Part shown: piece by piece, positions 25,045 through 36,556 of the stretch | How the letters are laid out: each line of letters starts with the position of its first letter | Numbering within the stretch: position 1 is the first letter of the stretch | DNA from: Protoeuglena noctilucae | Lineage: Eukaryota | Length of the DNA: 64,000 nucleotides | Assembly: GCA_958009085.1 (NCBI GenBank) | Contig: OY253681.1 | Coordinates: forward strand, 682,001-746,000 | Direction of reading: 5' to 3' | Translations under genes and position numbers: made by a program | Notes under the pieces: model-generated | What the model saw: only the letters and a program-made list of their open reading frames with translations | Database searches by the model: none | What the model was told of the DNA's origin: nothing

Positions 25045-28000
25045 TCACCGCGCGGCCCAGGGCAGAGGGCCCACGGGCGGCACGCTGCTCTCCTCCACCA
25101 CCGCGCTCGTTTCTGACAGCACACCCTTGATGACTCCGAAGGCGAAGCTCTGCCAACTGGCGGGCTGGCGGAGCTGCGGGTGGGGACGAGGCAGAGGGTT
25201 GGGGAGGTGAGGAAAGCAGGGATGGGGAGGGTCAACAGTTAAGCAGAGTTGGGAACAGTAAGCTTACCCACACCCCTCATCTGCATGCCCTCACTCACCC
25301 CCCGTCACATGTCCCTCACCTGCTGATCCACTCCCCTCACCCGCATACCCCCCCACTCACGCCCCATCACCCCCACCCCATGCCAACCCCATGTAATGCC
25401 TAAGTCTCACCTGCGCCTCCATCGACGTCTCGAGCACAATCACCGCAATCTGCTTCGCCAGCGACGGCCAGTCCACCCACAGGTTCCCCGCCTTCCCCGT
25501 CGCCCGCACTTGAAGCAGCATCCCGCGCCCGCGCCCCGCCCCCGCCCCTGCTGCCCCAGCCTCCCCCTCTGTCCCCGCCGGCCTGCTCCGGATAACGTGG
25601 AGGGTCTCTAGGGTATCCAATGGGATCCCCAGCGTCGCGTCCACTGCCATGGAGTAAGGGTCGATGGTGCCCCACACGGCGATGTGCACGCCGGGGTCGC
25701 CCTGTGTGGGAGCGGTGGTGGGGGCATGGGGGTGAGACTGTGTGATGGGCGTATGTGGTGAGGCTATGTGATGAGATAAGGTCTTAAAATGAAAGGATGT
25801 CATATGATGGGGCATGGGATGAGGCTATATGATGAGGTGAGGTGATGTAATGATAGGAGGTCATATGATGGGGCGTGAGATGAGACTGTGAGGTAGGACC
25901 GTCTCATGATGGCCAATGGTGAAAGCCGCACGATCAGACAGCGAGCGGCACGTCTGCACAAGCCAAGCGCATCTCAATCAAGCAATTATCTCCCACAAAG
26001 GGGAGATACACTCACCATGAGCAGCATGTCGGACCGCCTGAGCCGCCACCGCCCCCCCGTCTCGATGTCGAGGGTCGTGGTTCCCAGCCACGCACGGAGC
26101 TCAAACGAGGGGCCCAGGAGCGCGTCGTCCGGGACCTGCGATGAATCATATAAATACGCGAACGATGACGGGAATTAAACCACGGACTTGGCGAAAGCAC
26201 GTCGGGGCATGACACCGGACAAGGGCGGGCATCGACATGGTGAAATCCAATGGCGTGCGTTTCTCGACTAATCAATAAGGCCAGTCCTGCTTTCTGTTAG
26301 TTCACCTTGAGCACCGAGAGGAGTCTCTTCAGCAGCTCGCTGCGTACCAGCTTCAGCTTGGCGGGGTGCAGGGTCACTGCGGGAGGGGGTTTGACGTTAT
26401 CAGTGAGTAGGGTCGATGGACAGCTACAACGGCAGCATTCTCCATCCCTTCATTCACCCTCTCTCACAGCACCCGCCCTCACCCGCAGTGCTTTCCATGA
26501 CTGCACCCACTCTCCCAATCCCTGCACTACTCACCCGCCGTGCTCTCCAGTGCAGCCACCCTCTGTACCATCACCTACCCCCACACTGCTGTCTTATATC
26601 ACCACCCTCACCCGCCGTGCTCTCCAGTGCGGGCAGCACGCCGTCCTTCGGCGCCACAGTGACGGTCAATGGCCCGCCGTCCGCCACAGAGGCCACTTCT
26701 CTGAGAATGGGGTGCAGGCGAGCCAGGCCGGACTGGGCCAGGGCCTGGGGCAGAGAGGGGGAGGGATGGGGTGAGGTGGATGGGTGAGTGGATGCATGGC
26801 AGACTGGGCAAGGGCATAGGGCAGAGAAGGCGAGCGATGGGGTGGGTGCAGTTGAGCGTAGGCTACCCCTCACCCACGTCACATGCGTTTGGATCTCTCA
26901 GCCACCCTGCCACCCTCAGTATCACTGATCTTGCGTCTTCCAACAATACTCTAACACACCCCAGCTATCCCACCCCTCACCGGCGTGACGTGTGCCTGCA
27001 CCTCGACCGGCCGCGACAGGTACACCCTGGCCTGCCGGGAGGCGTCCTGCACGGCCGCCCCCGTCAGCCGCACATGCACCGTCTCGCTCTTCAGGGAGAG
27101 CGACACGGGGGTCCAGCCGCCGGCCCAGCCACGGGCGTCGGTCGATTGGATGACGCGGGAACACTCGCGGAAGGGGGAGACCTGAGTGGGAGAGGCGACA
27201 GTAAGGCAGTGGGAACACTCGCGGAAGGGGGACACCTGGATGGGTCAAGAGGGGAAGCTGGGCTGTGGGGATGGGAGTGGAACGGAAGGGTGACACACGC
27301 TTGGTTAGAAGGGAAAGCATGGCAGCGGGAATGGCGATCGTGTGGTGTGCACATGCGCACAGCGCTGACCAGTGCCCTTAGGGTGGCCAAGCCCTTCCAG
27401 ACCCACTCACAAGACAGGTCAACTAAGCGCTGCGTCTGCGTCTCCCAATGCAAGCCCAAGCCCAGCCCACCTTGGATGTCGCTGAGCTCGAGTGCTCTGC
27501 AGTCCCCACTTCCACACCATCCACCCCTCGTGTTGGACGTCCGACACGGGACACATCCCCATCCCCCCTCACGCCCCCCGCACCCCCACCATCCCCAGCT
27601 CCCCCACTGCTGCTAGGAACGTCCTCACTCCCCTCTGTCCCCGCACGCCCCCCCGGCCGCCCCTCTGGCTCAGGCTGCAGGCCGCCACCCACCACACTCT
27701 CCCCCCGCTCGTCTCTGCCACGTGCACCCGACCCTCCCCTCTCCGTCCCCACCTCCCCCGCACCGCCCTCCTTCGCTAACCGCCCGTCTGGTGACCTCTC
27801 TGCACCGCTCAGCTGCCCAACGCCACCCCCCTCGGCATCTCTCCTTTCCCCTGAACTCGACACCCCTGCCCCTTGCTCACCCCCATCCCCACTCCCATCC
27901 CTCGCCTCGACCCCACCGCCCGCATCCCCCTTCCCCACCCCACTTGACCCCACCTGCCCCTCACCCCCCGCCCCTCCCGCCTCATCCACCCCCCGGCCCA

Positions 28001-30322
28001 ACCCAGCAGCACCTTCCCTCGTGCCACTCCCACCCTCCCCACGCTCCCTATCATCGCCAGAGCCACTCTTGCCTTCCCAACCACCCCGCATGGGCCCTCC
28101 ACCCTTACTGCCTGCCACATTCGCCTTCCCGCCACCCGCCCGCCCCTCACGCCCCACCCTCGCCCCCGCACTCTCCGATAATGCTACCCCCCGCGACTCT
28201 CGGCTTCCATTTGCCGCTGCAGAAGACCCCTCCTGACCCCGCCTGTCACCCCTCCTCTCCCACCCTGCACCTGCACCCGCATCCGCACCCGCACCCGCAC
28301 CCGCACCCGCCCCCGCCCCCGCACCCGCACCCCCCATGTCTCTCTCAGGCACCTCCCCCAGGTCCCTTAGCAGCTCCGCGAGCGCATCGGGCGTCCCCGC
28401 CTGCACGTCCAGCTTCAGCCGCCTCCCCACCACGTCCGCCATCTCACGGGGCATCCACACCTGCGCCCCTGGCACTTGCACCGAGACGCCAGATCGGGAC
28501 CTCCCCGGGTGCCGCAGGGCTACGTTCACGTCGAGGATGGCGCGGTCGGAGGAGATGGTGAGGTGGGGTGGGACGTGGACGACGGCGTCGGAGAAGCGGG
28601 GGCGGGCGGACGACACTGCGAGGGATGGGTGGGGAGGGAGAGCGGTGAGATGAGGGGTGGATGGGGAGAGAGTGAGTGGGGCGGTGAATGAAGAGGGGGG
28701 GGATGGGAGTGGTGGGGTGAAGGGAGAGGTGTGAGTGGTTACTGTAGCTTCGGCCACTTGCATCGACACCCTCATTGCTACCCCCACCGCCACCACCTGG
28801 CCACGCACATCACAAGGCACCCCAACCCTAACCCACTCGCCTGCCCCCGCGTCCTCCGCCGCGTTGAGCAGTCGCATCTGCCCGTTCGCGGGAGACAGCG
28901 ACAGGTCGGCCTTGAACCCCTGCACCAGGAAGTCCGCGCCCCCGCGGCGCACCATCGCGGTCAGCGACTCGGCACTGCGTACCGCCTCGGCGCGCATCAG
29001 CTCCTGCCGACCCTCGCGCTGCGGGGAGGGTAAAGATGGTCAGGGTTTGGTAACTAATGCGAGGAATGGATGCAAGGTGGGTGAAGGTGGCCAGGGCTTG
29101 AGAGTCGTCACTGTTGTACCACTACAGTATCCAGCACTCGCCACCCATCAGTCATCTCACCCATCACTATCCACCCCTCACTCGTTCACCCCATCTCTCG
29201 CCACCCCTCACTCTCACCTGGTTTCCCAGCACTCGCAGCCCGCGTATCTCAATGGGCCTCAGCCAGTGAGCGCTGATGCGCTCAATGACGATGGAGGGAC
29301 CCCCGGCACCCATCCGGGCGTTCAGTGCGCGCGTCAGGGCGCTCACCGCAGGCGGACTAGAGAGCTGCAAGGAAGGGTGGAAAGATTGGACGGGTTACTA
29401 ACCTCAAGCCTGCCTGGCAAGGGTGAGAGGCGCGGAAAGGTGACGGGCGCAGTGACCGAGTTGCAAAGGGTAGGGTCGCAATCCCGCCTCACCGCGACGG
29501 GAGCGGCGATGACGGCTGCGGATAGGGCCGCCAGCGCGACGGCGGGGGCCAGGAGCCGCCGCCAGAGGGGACGGGTGCGCCCTGGCGTGCGTGACCCGGA
29601 TCGCCGCAGACGGAGCTGAGTGGCTCGAGACCAAGCGCCGGCCAGTAGCGCCCTGATGCGCACGACGAGCTGCGCCAGTGCCGCGCGGGCGGACGAGAAG
29701 GCCTGAGCGGCCCATTGCGGGACATCGATGTTGCCTGACGCGATGCGACGTCGCAGTGCGGCCGCGGCTGTGGCCAGGCGGGCCCGCGCCGTCGCGAGGA
29801 CAGCAAGGACCGCGCGAAGGAGCTTCTGCCAGGTTGGCAGGGTCGTCTGGCTCGCTTGCGCTTCGGACCAGGACCCTGCTTGGCTCGCATCGGCCCACCC
29901 TCCCTTGATCCCGCTCTCGCCGTCGCTGCCGGACACCGCGCCCTCAGCGTGTTCCTCCTGGTCCTGCGACGACTCTGTCGACGCTTCTGCGCGACTCTCG
30001 GGACCGCCCTGCGCGCGGGAATGGCTTTCGCTTTCTCATGACGCCAAAAGGCGAGGCCCTCCCGCACGCGAGAGCACCGGTGTGCGACGACATCGCTCGC
30101 CTCGCTCGCTCTTGGCTCAGCGGTCCCAGCATCGGCTCCATCCTGTACATCGCGGCTCTCCTTGTCCTTGTCATCGCCCGTGGCGTGCGTCAAGGCCAGC
30201 CCTCGCGAGCGTCGTCGCGAGACATGACCGCGCAGCCACCGAGCATCCCGGCGCTGCCCAGGTCTCAAACGCGACACAGGGTGGGGACACAGGGGCTGCG
30301 GGGCTCCGGCAAGCGCGGACAT
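25045..30322 (-). CDS. Putative plastid-targeted AsmA-like (repeating beta-groove) protein, about 11 exons
   Basis: The N-terminus is Arg/Ser-rich and transit-like. A single TM (LLAPAVALAALSAAVIAAPVA) is followed by LSSPPAVSALTRALNARMG...IVIERISAHWLRPIEIRGLRV. The beta-rich C-terminal part reads RRSDMLLM|GDPGVHIAVWGTIDP...ATLGIP...LLQVRATG...VDWPSLAKQIA and ends SVPPVGPLPWAAR*. Exons splice in frame; the family call is from recall only. Confidence 0.65.
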
Positions 30323-30580
30323 GGGGTCGGGGCTAGCAAAACAGCTACAGCGGTAGCATCGGACAGCCCGCCGGGCCCAGGCCTACGACTCGCCGACCTC
30401 ACGATTGCGGAGAATAGGTCGGCGACCGATCCAGTCGATGCCTTGCCACGTCACCTAGCACTGACACCGGGTTTACCTGCAGGGCAGACGCAGCGCGAAC
30501 AGCACCGCCACGGCGTCGCGGCGCCAGGCGAGTTCAGCTTTAAGCGCTTGCCGGCGCCGAGCCCTCCTGCATCTCCCCAG
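30323..30580. promoter_or_regulatory. Compact putative bidirectional promoter between divergent start codons
   Basis: Only 258 bp separate ATG 30322 (-) and ATG 30581 (+). Confidence 0.5.
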
Positions 30581-32702
30581 ATGGCATCGCTCTCGCGCGC
30601 TCGTGCCTTGGGCCGCTGGGTTGTGCAGGAATTGGCTGCCGCCGGGCCCAGCCGACCGTGTGAGCTTGGCGGCATATGTGCGAGCAGCGCGAGCCATACC
30701 CTGAGAGGCATCGGCCGCACGGAAGCCGCGAGTTCATCTGCGAGCTACCTCGTGGGGCTTCCCGGGAGGCGGATTTCGAGCTCCCCCATCGCCGGGACCC
30801 TCTTCTCGACGCGAGTAAGTGTTTATGTAAGTTTCGGTGGATTCATGGGCATCATTGGGAGCCAGATGAGGAAAACGCTGTCCTCGTTTGTGCCACGCAG
30901 AGCCCGCTGCCACGAGACCCGACCGATCCACGGCAGTACATCATCAAGCCACCCACGCACTTGTGAGTGACACTGCTCGCGAGCTCCTGCATCCCCGCAG
31001 CGATCCCAATCCAATTCAATCCATCCCTCGCGACTCCTCGCCCGCAGTGGGTTCGTTATTGTGCCTGAGAAGCAAGCGTACGTCGTGCAGCGCTTCGGCC
31101 GGCACCTCAAAGTGCTCGAGTCGGGGCTGCATTTCCTCATCCCAATCTTCGACACGGTGGGTCGTCGCAGGGGCGGCATAGTTGCATGACGCGCGTTGCG
31201 TGACGCAGCGCAATGCAGGGGGTGCTTTATTACTGTTGAGACTCATAATCCATTCGCCTCGTCCCATTCTGCGCCACGACACCCGGTCACTCAGCCACCC
31301 CCCATCCACTCACCCAAGCACCCACTCCAACTCCCTTGGCCCCCCTCCAGGTGGCGTTTGTGCACGACTTGCGCGAGACGGCGGTGCCCATCGCCAACCA
31401 GGCGGCCATCACGCGGGACAACGTGCACATCACGATCGACGGCGTGCTGTACGTGCGGACCGTGGACCCCGTTCGTGCTTCGTACGGCGTGCAGCACGCC
31501 ATCGTGGCCGTCACGCAGCTGGCGCAGACCACGATGCGGTCCGAGCTGGGGAAGATCACGCTCGACAAGACGTTCGAGGAGAGGGACTCGCTCAACCGGC
31601 ACATCGTGCAAGCCATCAACGAGGCCGCCGAGGCGTGGGGTCTGCAGTGCCTGAGGCGAGGGGCAGATCACAGAGCAGATCGTGCTGTGTGCTTTGACAA
31701 TAATAATTATAATGATACCTTGATACCATGACACCACCGATGTGCTTGGATGGGCCCAGAGGCCGCACAGTGGTGGGTCATGCTCGATGTGTGCTCATTA
31801 ATGGAAGTGCTGACAGACTGTCGCGTGCAAATGCAGGTACGAGATTCGGGACATCACGCCTCCACCGGGGGTGCAGCGGGCCATGGAGATGCAGGCGGAG
31901 GCAGAGAGGCGGAAGCGGGCGCAGGCGAGTGCTGGCATGCTACCACTGGCGACGGCCCCTGCTGATCCTGCTTGGAGACTGTTGTAACATTGTTACGCAC
32001 TAGGCCAGGCATGCCACTGGGTGCCAGCATAACTGTTATTGCCATCACGATCACAGCTGCGACTGCGTGCTTCGAGGCATAGCTGCAAACTATGCGATTC
32101 TCCTCCCTCCTCAGATTCTCGACTCGGAGGGGGAGCAGCAGAGCGTCATCAACCGTGCCGAGGCGCACAAGCGCGACATCGTGCTGCAGTCGGAGGCGAG
32201 GAGAGAGGAATCGATGAACCGTGCGCTTGGAGAATCCATCTATATCACGAACGTGGCTAACGCCACGGCCGCGTCGATCGAGGCGAGTCGGTGGGAGGGA
32301 CGACATCCGTGCATGTGCGCATGAGTGTCGTGACACGGGTGTCGCCAGGCCAGCTGGTTAGCTGCTACCCGGGGCGTGTGATCGATGCGCCGCGCTATCA
32401 TCGTGCTGCGGCGACGTGCTGTGGTGCTGTGGTCAGTACTATGCATACGACCGCCGCGCCCGCAGCGAGTGGCGGCGGCGCTCCAAGCCAAGGGCGCCCC
32501 CGAGGCGGCCGCGCTGCGCGTGGCGGAGCGGTACGTCGAGGCATTCTCGAAGCTCGCCAAGGAGTCCAACACGTTGCTGCTGCCGGCCAACGCAGGCGAC
32601 CCGGCCGCGATGGTCGCGCAGGCGCTGGGGGTGTTCGGCACGGTGTCGAAGGCCGTGCGGGGGGGCGAGGAGAAGGCGGGCGAGGGGCAAGGCGCGCAGT
32701 GA
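30581..32702 (+). CDS. STOML2: Stomatin-like protein 2 (SPFH/band 7), probably mitochondrial
   Basis: Seven exons give [90 protein letters not shown] and [21 protein letters not shown]. The N-terminus resembles an Arg/Ser-rich presequence. Confidence 0.93.
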
Positions 32703-32778
32703 AGGGGCAGGGTTGCTTGAATTGCCAGCAGACAATCATTCAGTCTCCCGTCAGTGGACGAGTGGACGGAATCGCTAG

Positions 32779-33407
32779 TCAGCCCCAGAGGTCGCCGTAC
32801 GTGCTGAAGGCGACCCACAGGCCCAGCAGGGGCGCGAGGATGCTGATGGCTGCAATGACGGTCAGGATGTTGATGTTGGAGCCCGTGTACGTGTCCCCAC
32901 GCCAGTTGGCCGAGTAGAGATCGGGCCTGTCGCGCTCATTGGCCTCCCTGTAACGCTGCAGATACTCCTGCGTGAGCAGTCCGGCTCCGGATGCGATCAG
33001 TCGGCCAATCGGGGCCTGGTGCTCATAGCGGGGCAGCTAAGACATCTATCGCCTGGTGCTCATGGCGGGGCAGCTAAGATGCCTATCGCCTGGTGCTCAT
33101 GGCGGGGCAGCTAAGATGCTATTGCAAACCTTCGTGGTCATCCCCCGCGTCACGCTCCCGTCCTTTCCCCGCGTCCGCTCGTACCAATTCGCGCCGTACT
33201 CAATCTTCTGCAGACAAGCGACCAACACGTGCGTTCATCGACATCGGAGACGCGACGTCGCGCGAGAGGGAGGGTGACGAAGCCCACCTCGTCTGATTTG
33301 TTCGCGAGGACCCGCACGGGCCGTGGAGATGGTTTCTGCGCGGCCGGATGCGCGACAAATGGTCGCACATGGCCTCCTCTCAAGGAGGCCGGCTGCGCCG
33401 TCGGCAT
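32779..33407 (-). CDS. Small (~128 aa) putative plastid protein with one C-terminal TM helix, unknown function; only its first exon is captured by the ORF track
   Basis: Three exons with GT-AG introns splice to MPTAQPASLRGGHVRPFVAHPAAQKPSPRPVRVLANKSDE|KIEYGANWYERTRGKDGSVTRGMTTK|EYLQRYREANERDRPDLYSANWRGDTYTGSNINILTVIAAISILAPLLGLWVAFSTYGDLWG*. Confidence 0.78.
33014..33119. repeat. Intronic 37-bp tandem repeat, about 3 copies
   Basis: gcctggtgctcatRgcggggcagctaagaYRYctatc occurs at 33014, 33051 and 33088. Confidence 0.92.
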
Positions 33408-33831
33408 GGCTGCGCTAGTTGAACGCGGGATTTCGCAACGCGTGCTTATTATAAGTTAGTCAGTGCAGAGGCGCTAGCCAGCACGACGGATCTGAGAAGC
33501 TTTAGATAGCTTCAGCCCTACGCCATGCTCAAGCCAGTTGCAAGTAATGGGCCTGACAAGGTCGCTGATCACCGAGCATTTCCACGCCATGACAGCTTTG
33601 TCGCGACGGATGGCATCTCGTGCATGCGGTGTCAGATGCCAGAATCGAGCTGACGCCGGTCTGGCATATGGCACTGGGGTCAAGCGACCGCCCCACCGTC
33701 ACAAGGAGGCGTGAGCAGAGCGAGTGTGTATCTTTGCCAGGCTTGTGCCAATCCACTGCCGCTGTCTAGTGCCGTCACTCCTTCAACACCGCAGGGCACA
33801 CGCACTAAGCTGGCCCCAGGCAATGTCGAGC

Positions 33832-35501
33832 TTAGGCCGAGGGGGTGAACTTGGTCGCGTTGGCGAAGCCTGCGGGGGAAAGAGTTGACATGGCTATCAG
33901 CTGACATCTGCATTGCAGGTTTGGTCAGCGGCGCACCGCTGGTCGGGCGCCTGTCCGCCACCACACAAATGGCATGCGACTACACGCCCCCCACTCAGCT
34001 CCCATGCGCCGGACTCACCGTTGTTGACCGTGGGGTCCGCGAGGTGCGCCTTGAGGTTGGCGATGGGGCCCTCGCCCGTCACGATGGCCTGGACGAAGAA
34101 GCCGAACATGGAGAACATGGCCAGGCGGCCGTTCTTGATCTCCTTCACCTTGAGCTCGGCGGCCGTCTCGGGGTCGTCAGCCAGGCCCAGGGGGTCGAAG
34201 GCGCCACCGGGGTACAGGGGGTCGAGGCCCTCGCCCGCGGGGCCGCCGTTCACACGGTAGCCCTCGATCAGGCCCATGAGCACCACCTGCGCGGGGTGGC
34301 GGCGGAAAGGAGAGATGCATGAGGAGCATGACGGATTGAGCCGGAAGCTGGTGCTGCTGCCGCGGCTGCCCATGACATGACCATCGCCGTGTCGCTGCGC
34401 GGCGCGCGCCTGGCAGGCCGTCACGGCGATGATGGACTGGGCGTGGATGAGGGAGGGGTTGCCGAGGTAGTCGAGGCCGCCCTCCTGGAACATCTGGGCG
34501 CCGGCCTTGAACCACACGGCCTCGCCGAACTTGGTGCCGTTGTCGGCGAGGAGCTCGGGCACGATGCAGCCCAGCGCGCCCATCATGGCCCAGCGGGCGT
34601 GGATGAGCTCGATCTCGCGGTACTTGGCGAACGTCTGGGGGTCAGCCGACAGGCCGGCCGTGTCCCAGCCGTAGTCGCCGGGGAACTCGCCTGCGATCGC
34701 GGGGCACAGGGGCTGGCGTTAGTTGAGGCGGGACGCGCCGATCGCGGGCCTCCGGCGCCCCGCGACGAGCCCCGCGACGCAAAATGAGCGAACGGAACGC
34801 CGCTGTGCCGCGAACGCCCCGCCTCGGGCGATCGCGGGGTCAATCCGGACCGGGTCCCGAAATCTCGTTCCGCTGTCGCGTGATCTCGTACGGGCACCCC
34901 GCGGGCGCGCGGCCGCTCGTGCGCGCGGCGCGGATCCTCACCCGTCAGGTACGCCGGGGGGTTCGTGAAGGGGCCGAGGTACATGGCGCGGTTGGGGCCA
35001 TAGAACTCGACGGCCGCGCGGGTCACCTGGCGGGTGCCCTGCGCGCGAGGAGCGAAAGCTGCTGCGTCGCGATCGAGAGAGGACGAGCGGATTGGGGCAG
35101 GCGGGGCCTCCGCCGAGCGGGCAGCGCGTGGGGCGGTGCGCAGGATCCCAGCCAAGTCCGCGACGACCGGGGGCGCGCTGCAGCGTCTCCCGGGGCTCGT
35201 CCCGCGCGCAACGAGCGAATCAAAGCCGGCAAATTCCATCGGAGGGGCGGGACAGGGTCCGGGGTGCCCAGACCGGCGCTGCCCGGGGCGCCAAGGGGTG
35301 GGCCATCCCGACGAGATCTCCGGCGAGACGGGCGCGCGGGCACTCGGACCCGCGCAGGGCGCCAGCACGGTGGTCACGGCGGTGCTACGCGCTGGTGGCG
35401 TCCGCTGCCAGCCTTGCGCGGGCAGCTGGGTCGCCGGGACGGGAGCTCACCTTGCCGGCGGCCACGGGGGCCTTGAGCGTAGCGCCGAGGAAGGAAGCCA
35501 T
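33832..35501 (-). CDS. LHCBM: Major light-harvesting chlorophyll a/b-binding protein of PSII (LHCII/LHCBM)
   Basis: Exons 35501-35451, 35038-34942, 34690-34410, 34286-34019 and 33869-33832 give [34 protein letters not shown]...[17 protein letters not shown]...[14 protein letters not shown]...[28 protein letters not shown]...ATKFTPSA*. Confidence 0.98.
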
Positions 35502-36556
35502 CGTGCTTGGGTGTCGGAGAGGACGGGACGAATCGCCGGGAGACCAGGGGGGACGGAGGGTAAGAGATTGGATCTGCTGGCCGTGCCCGAGGCGGGGGTG
35601 CCAGCGACACGCAAGCGAGCGAGTCGGGCGGGGAGGCGCGCGAGGATTAAAGCGGGCGAGGACGCCACGGGATCACTCATCAACGTAGTCTTTTCCCGAG
35701 CGACGGAGACTCGCCCGCTTGTGCCCAACTTCAGCAACTCACAGCGCCCCGCGCCAGCAAGACGGGACCGAGGGGGCCATCCAGCAGTAATCATGGCTGG
35801 TGAGTGGGAGTGATGGGGGGGAGCGGGCGCGCGGGGCTCGGCGAACGGAACGCGCTGGGTCCCCGCCAGCCCTTCCACGTTACCGGGAAAGGGGGATTCC
35901 CCGTGGTGATAGGTCTCGACAGAGGCCATTGCGTGGCGTCCCCGCCCCCCCGGCCCCCCGTTGCGCGCGGGCCTGGGCTCCACTAGCGGGTCCCAGGCAG
36001 CGAGCGCCACGCCGCCATCGCCCCCTGGGCGTTAGATTACGACGCTTCGAAACCGCGAGATCGTGGTGTGGGGCCCCGCTTGTGCGCTCGGCGCGACCGC
36101 GCGCGCAATTCCGGCGTTAGATGTCGACACGGTGGGACCCGACTTCGGCCAGCGTGCACGCTTTCTCCTCGCATCCGGACCCCCTTGCGACAATAGTTTC
36201 TTTGTTGATTTCGGCCCGGCCCGCTCGCGCACGCAGCGGTCGTGATGGAGGGCGGTCGGGTTGGAGGAGCCCACATGACCCCCCACGGGCGCGACGTTGG
36301 AAGTGAGTGATGCGCAGGCGCTCCCTCGCATGGCATCTCTCGGTGCTGGCTTCCTGGATCGGTGGCCCGGCGGCCGCTGGGTGGCCGGCCTGCGCCACGG
36401 CTGGGGCGCACGATGCCAGCGTCCCCTGGCCGGGGCGGCGCGCGCTCTCGCCCCCCCGGCCACGCGCCGTCCCCCGCCGATCGGCGTGGACGAGATGCGC
36501 CGTTCGCGACCATCGCGCCTCGAGTTCCCGCAGACGGCGGCGACCCTGACTGCCTG

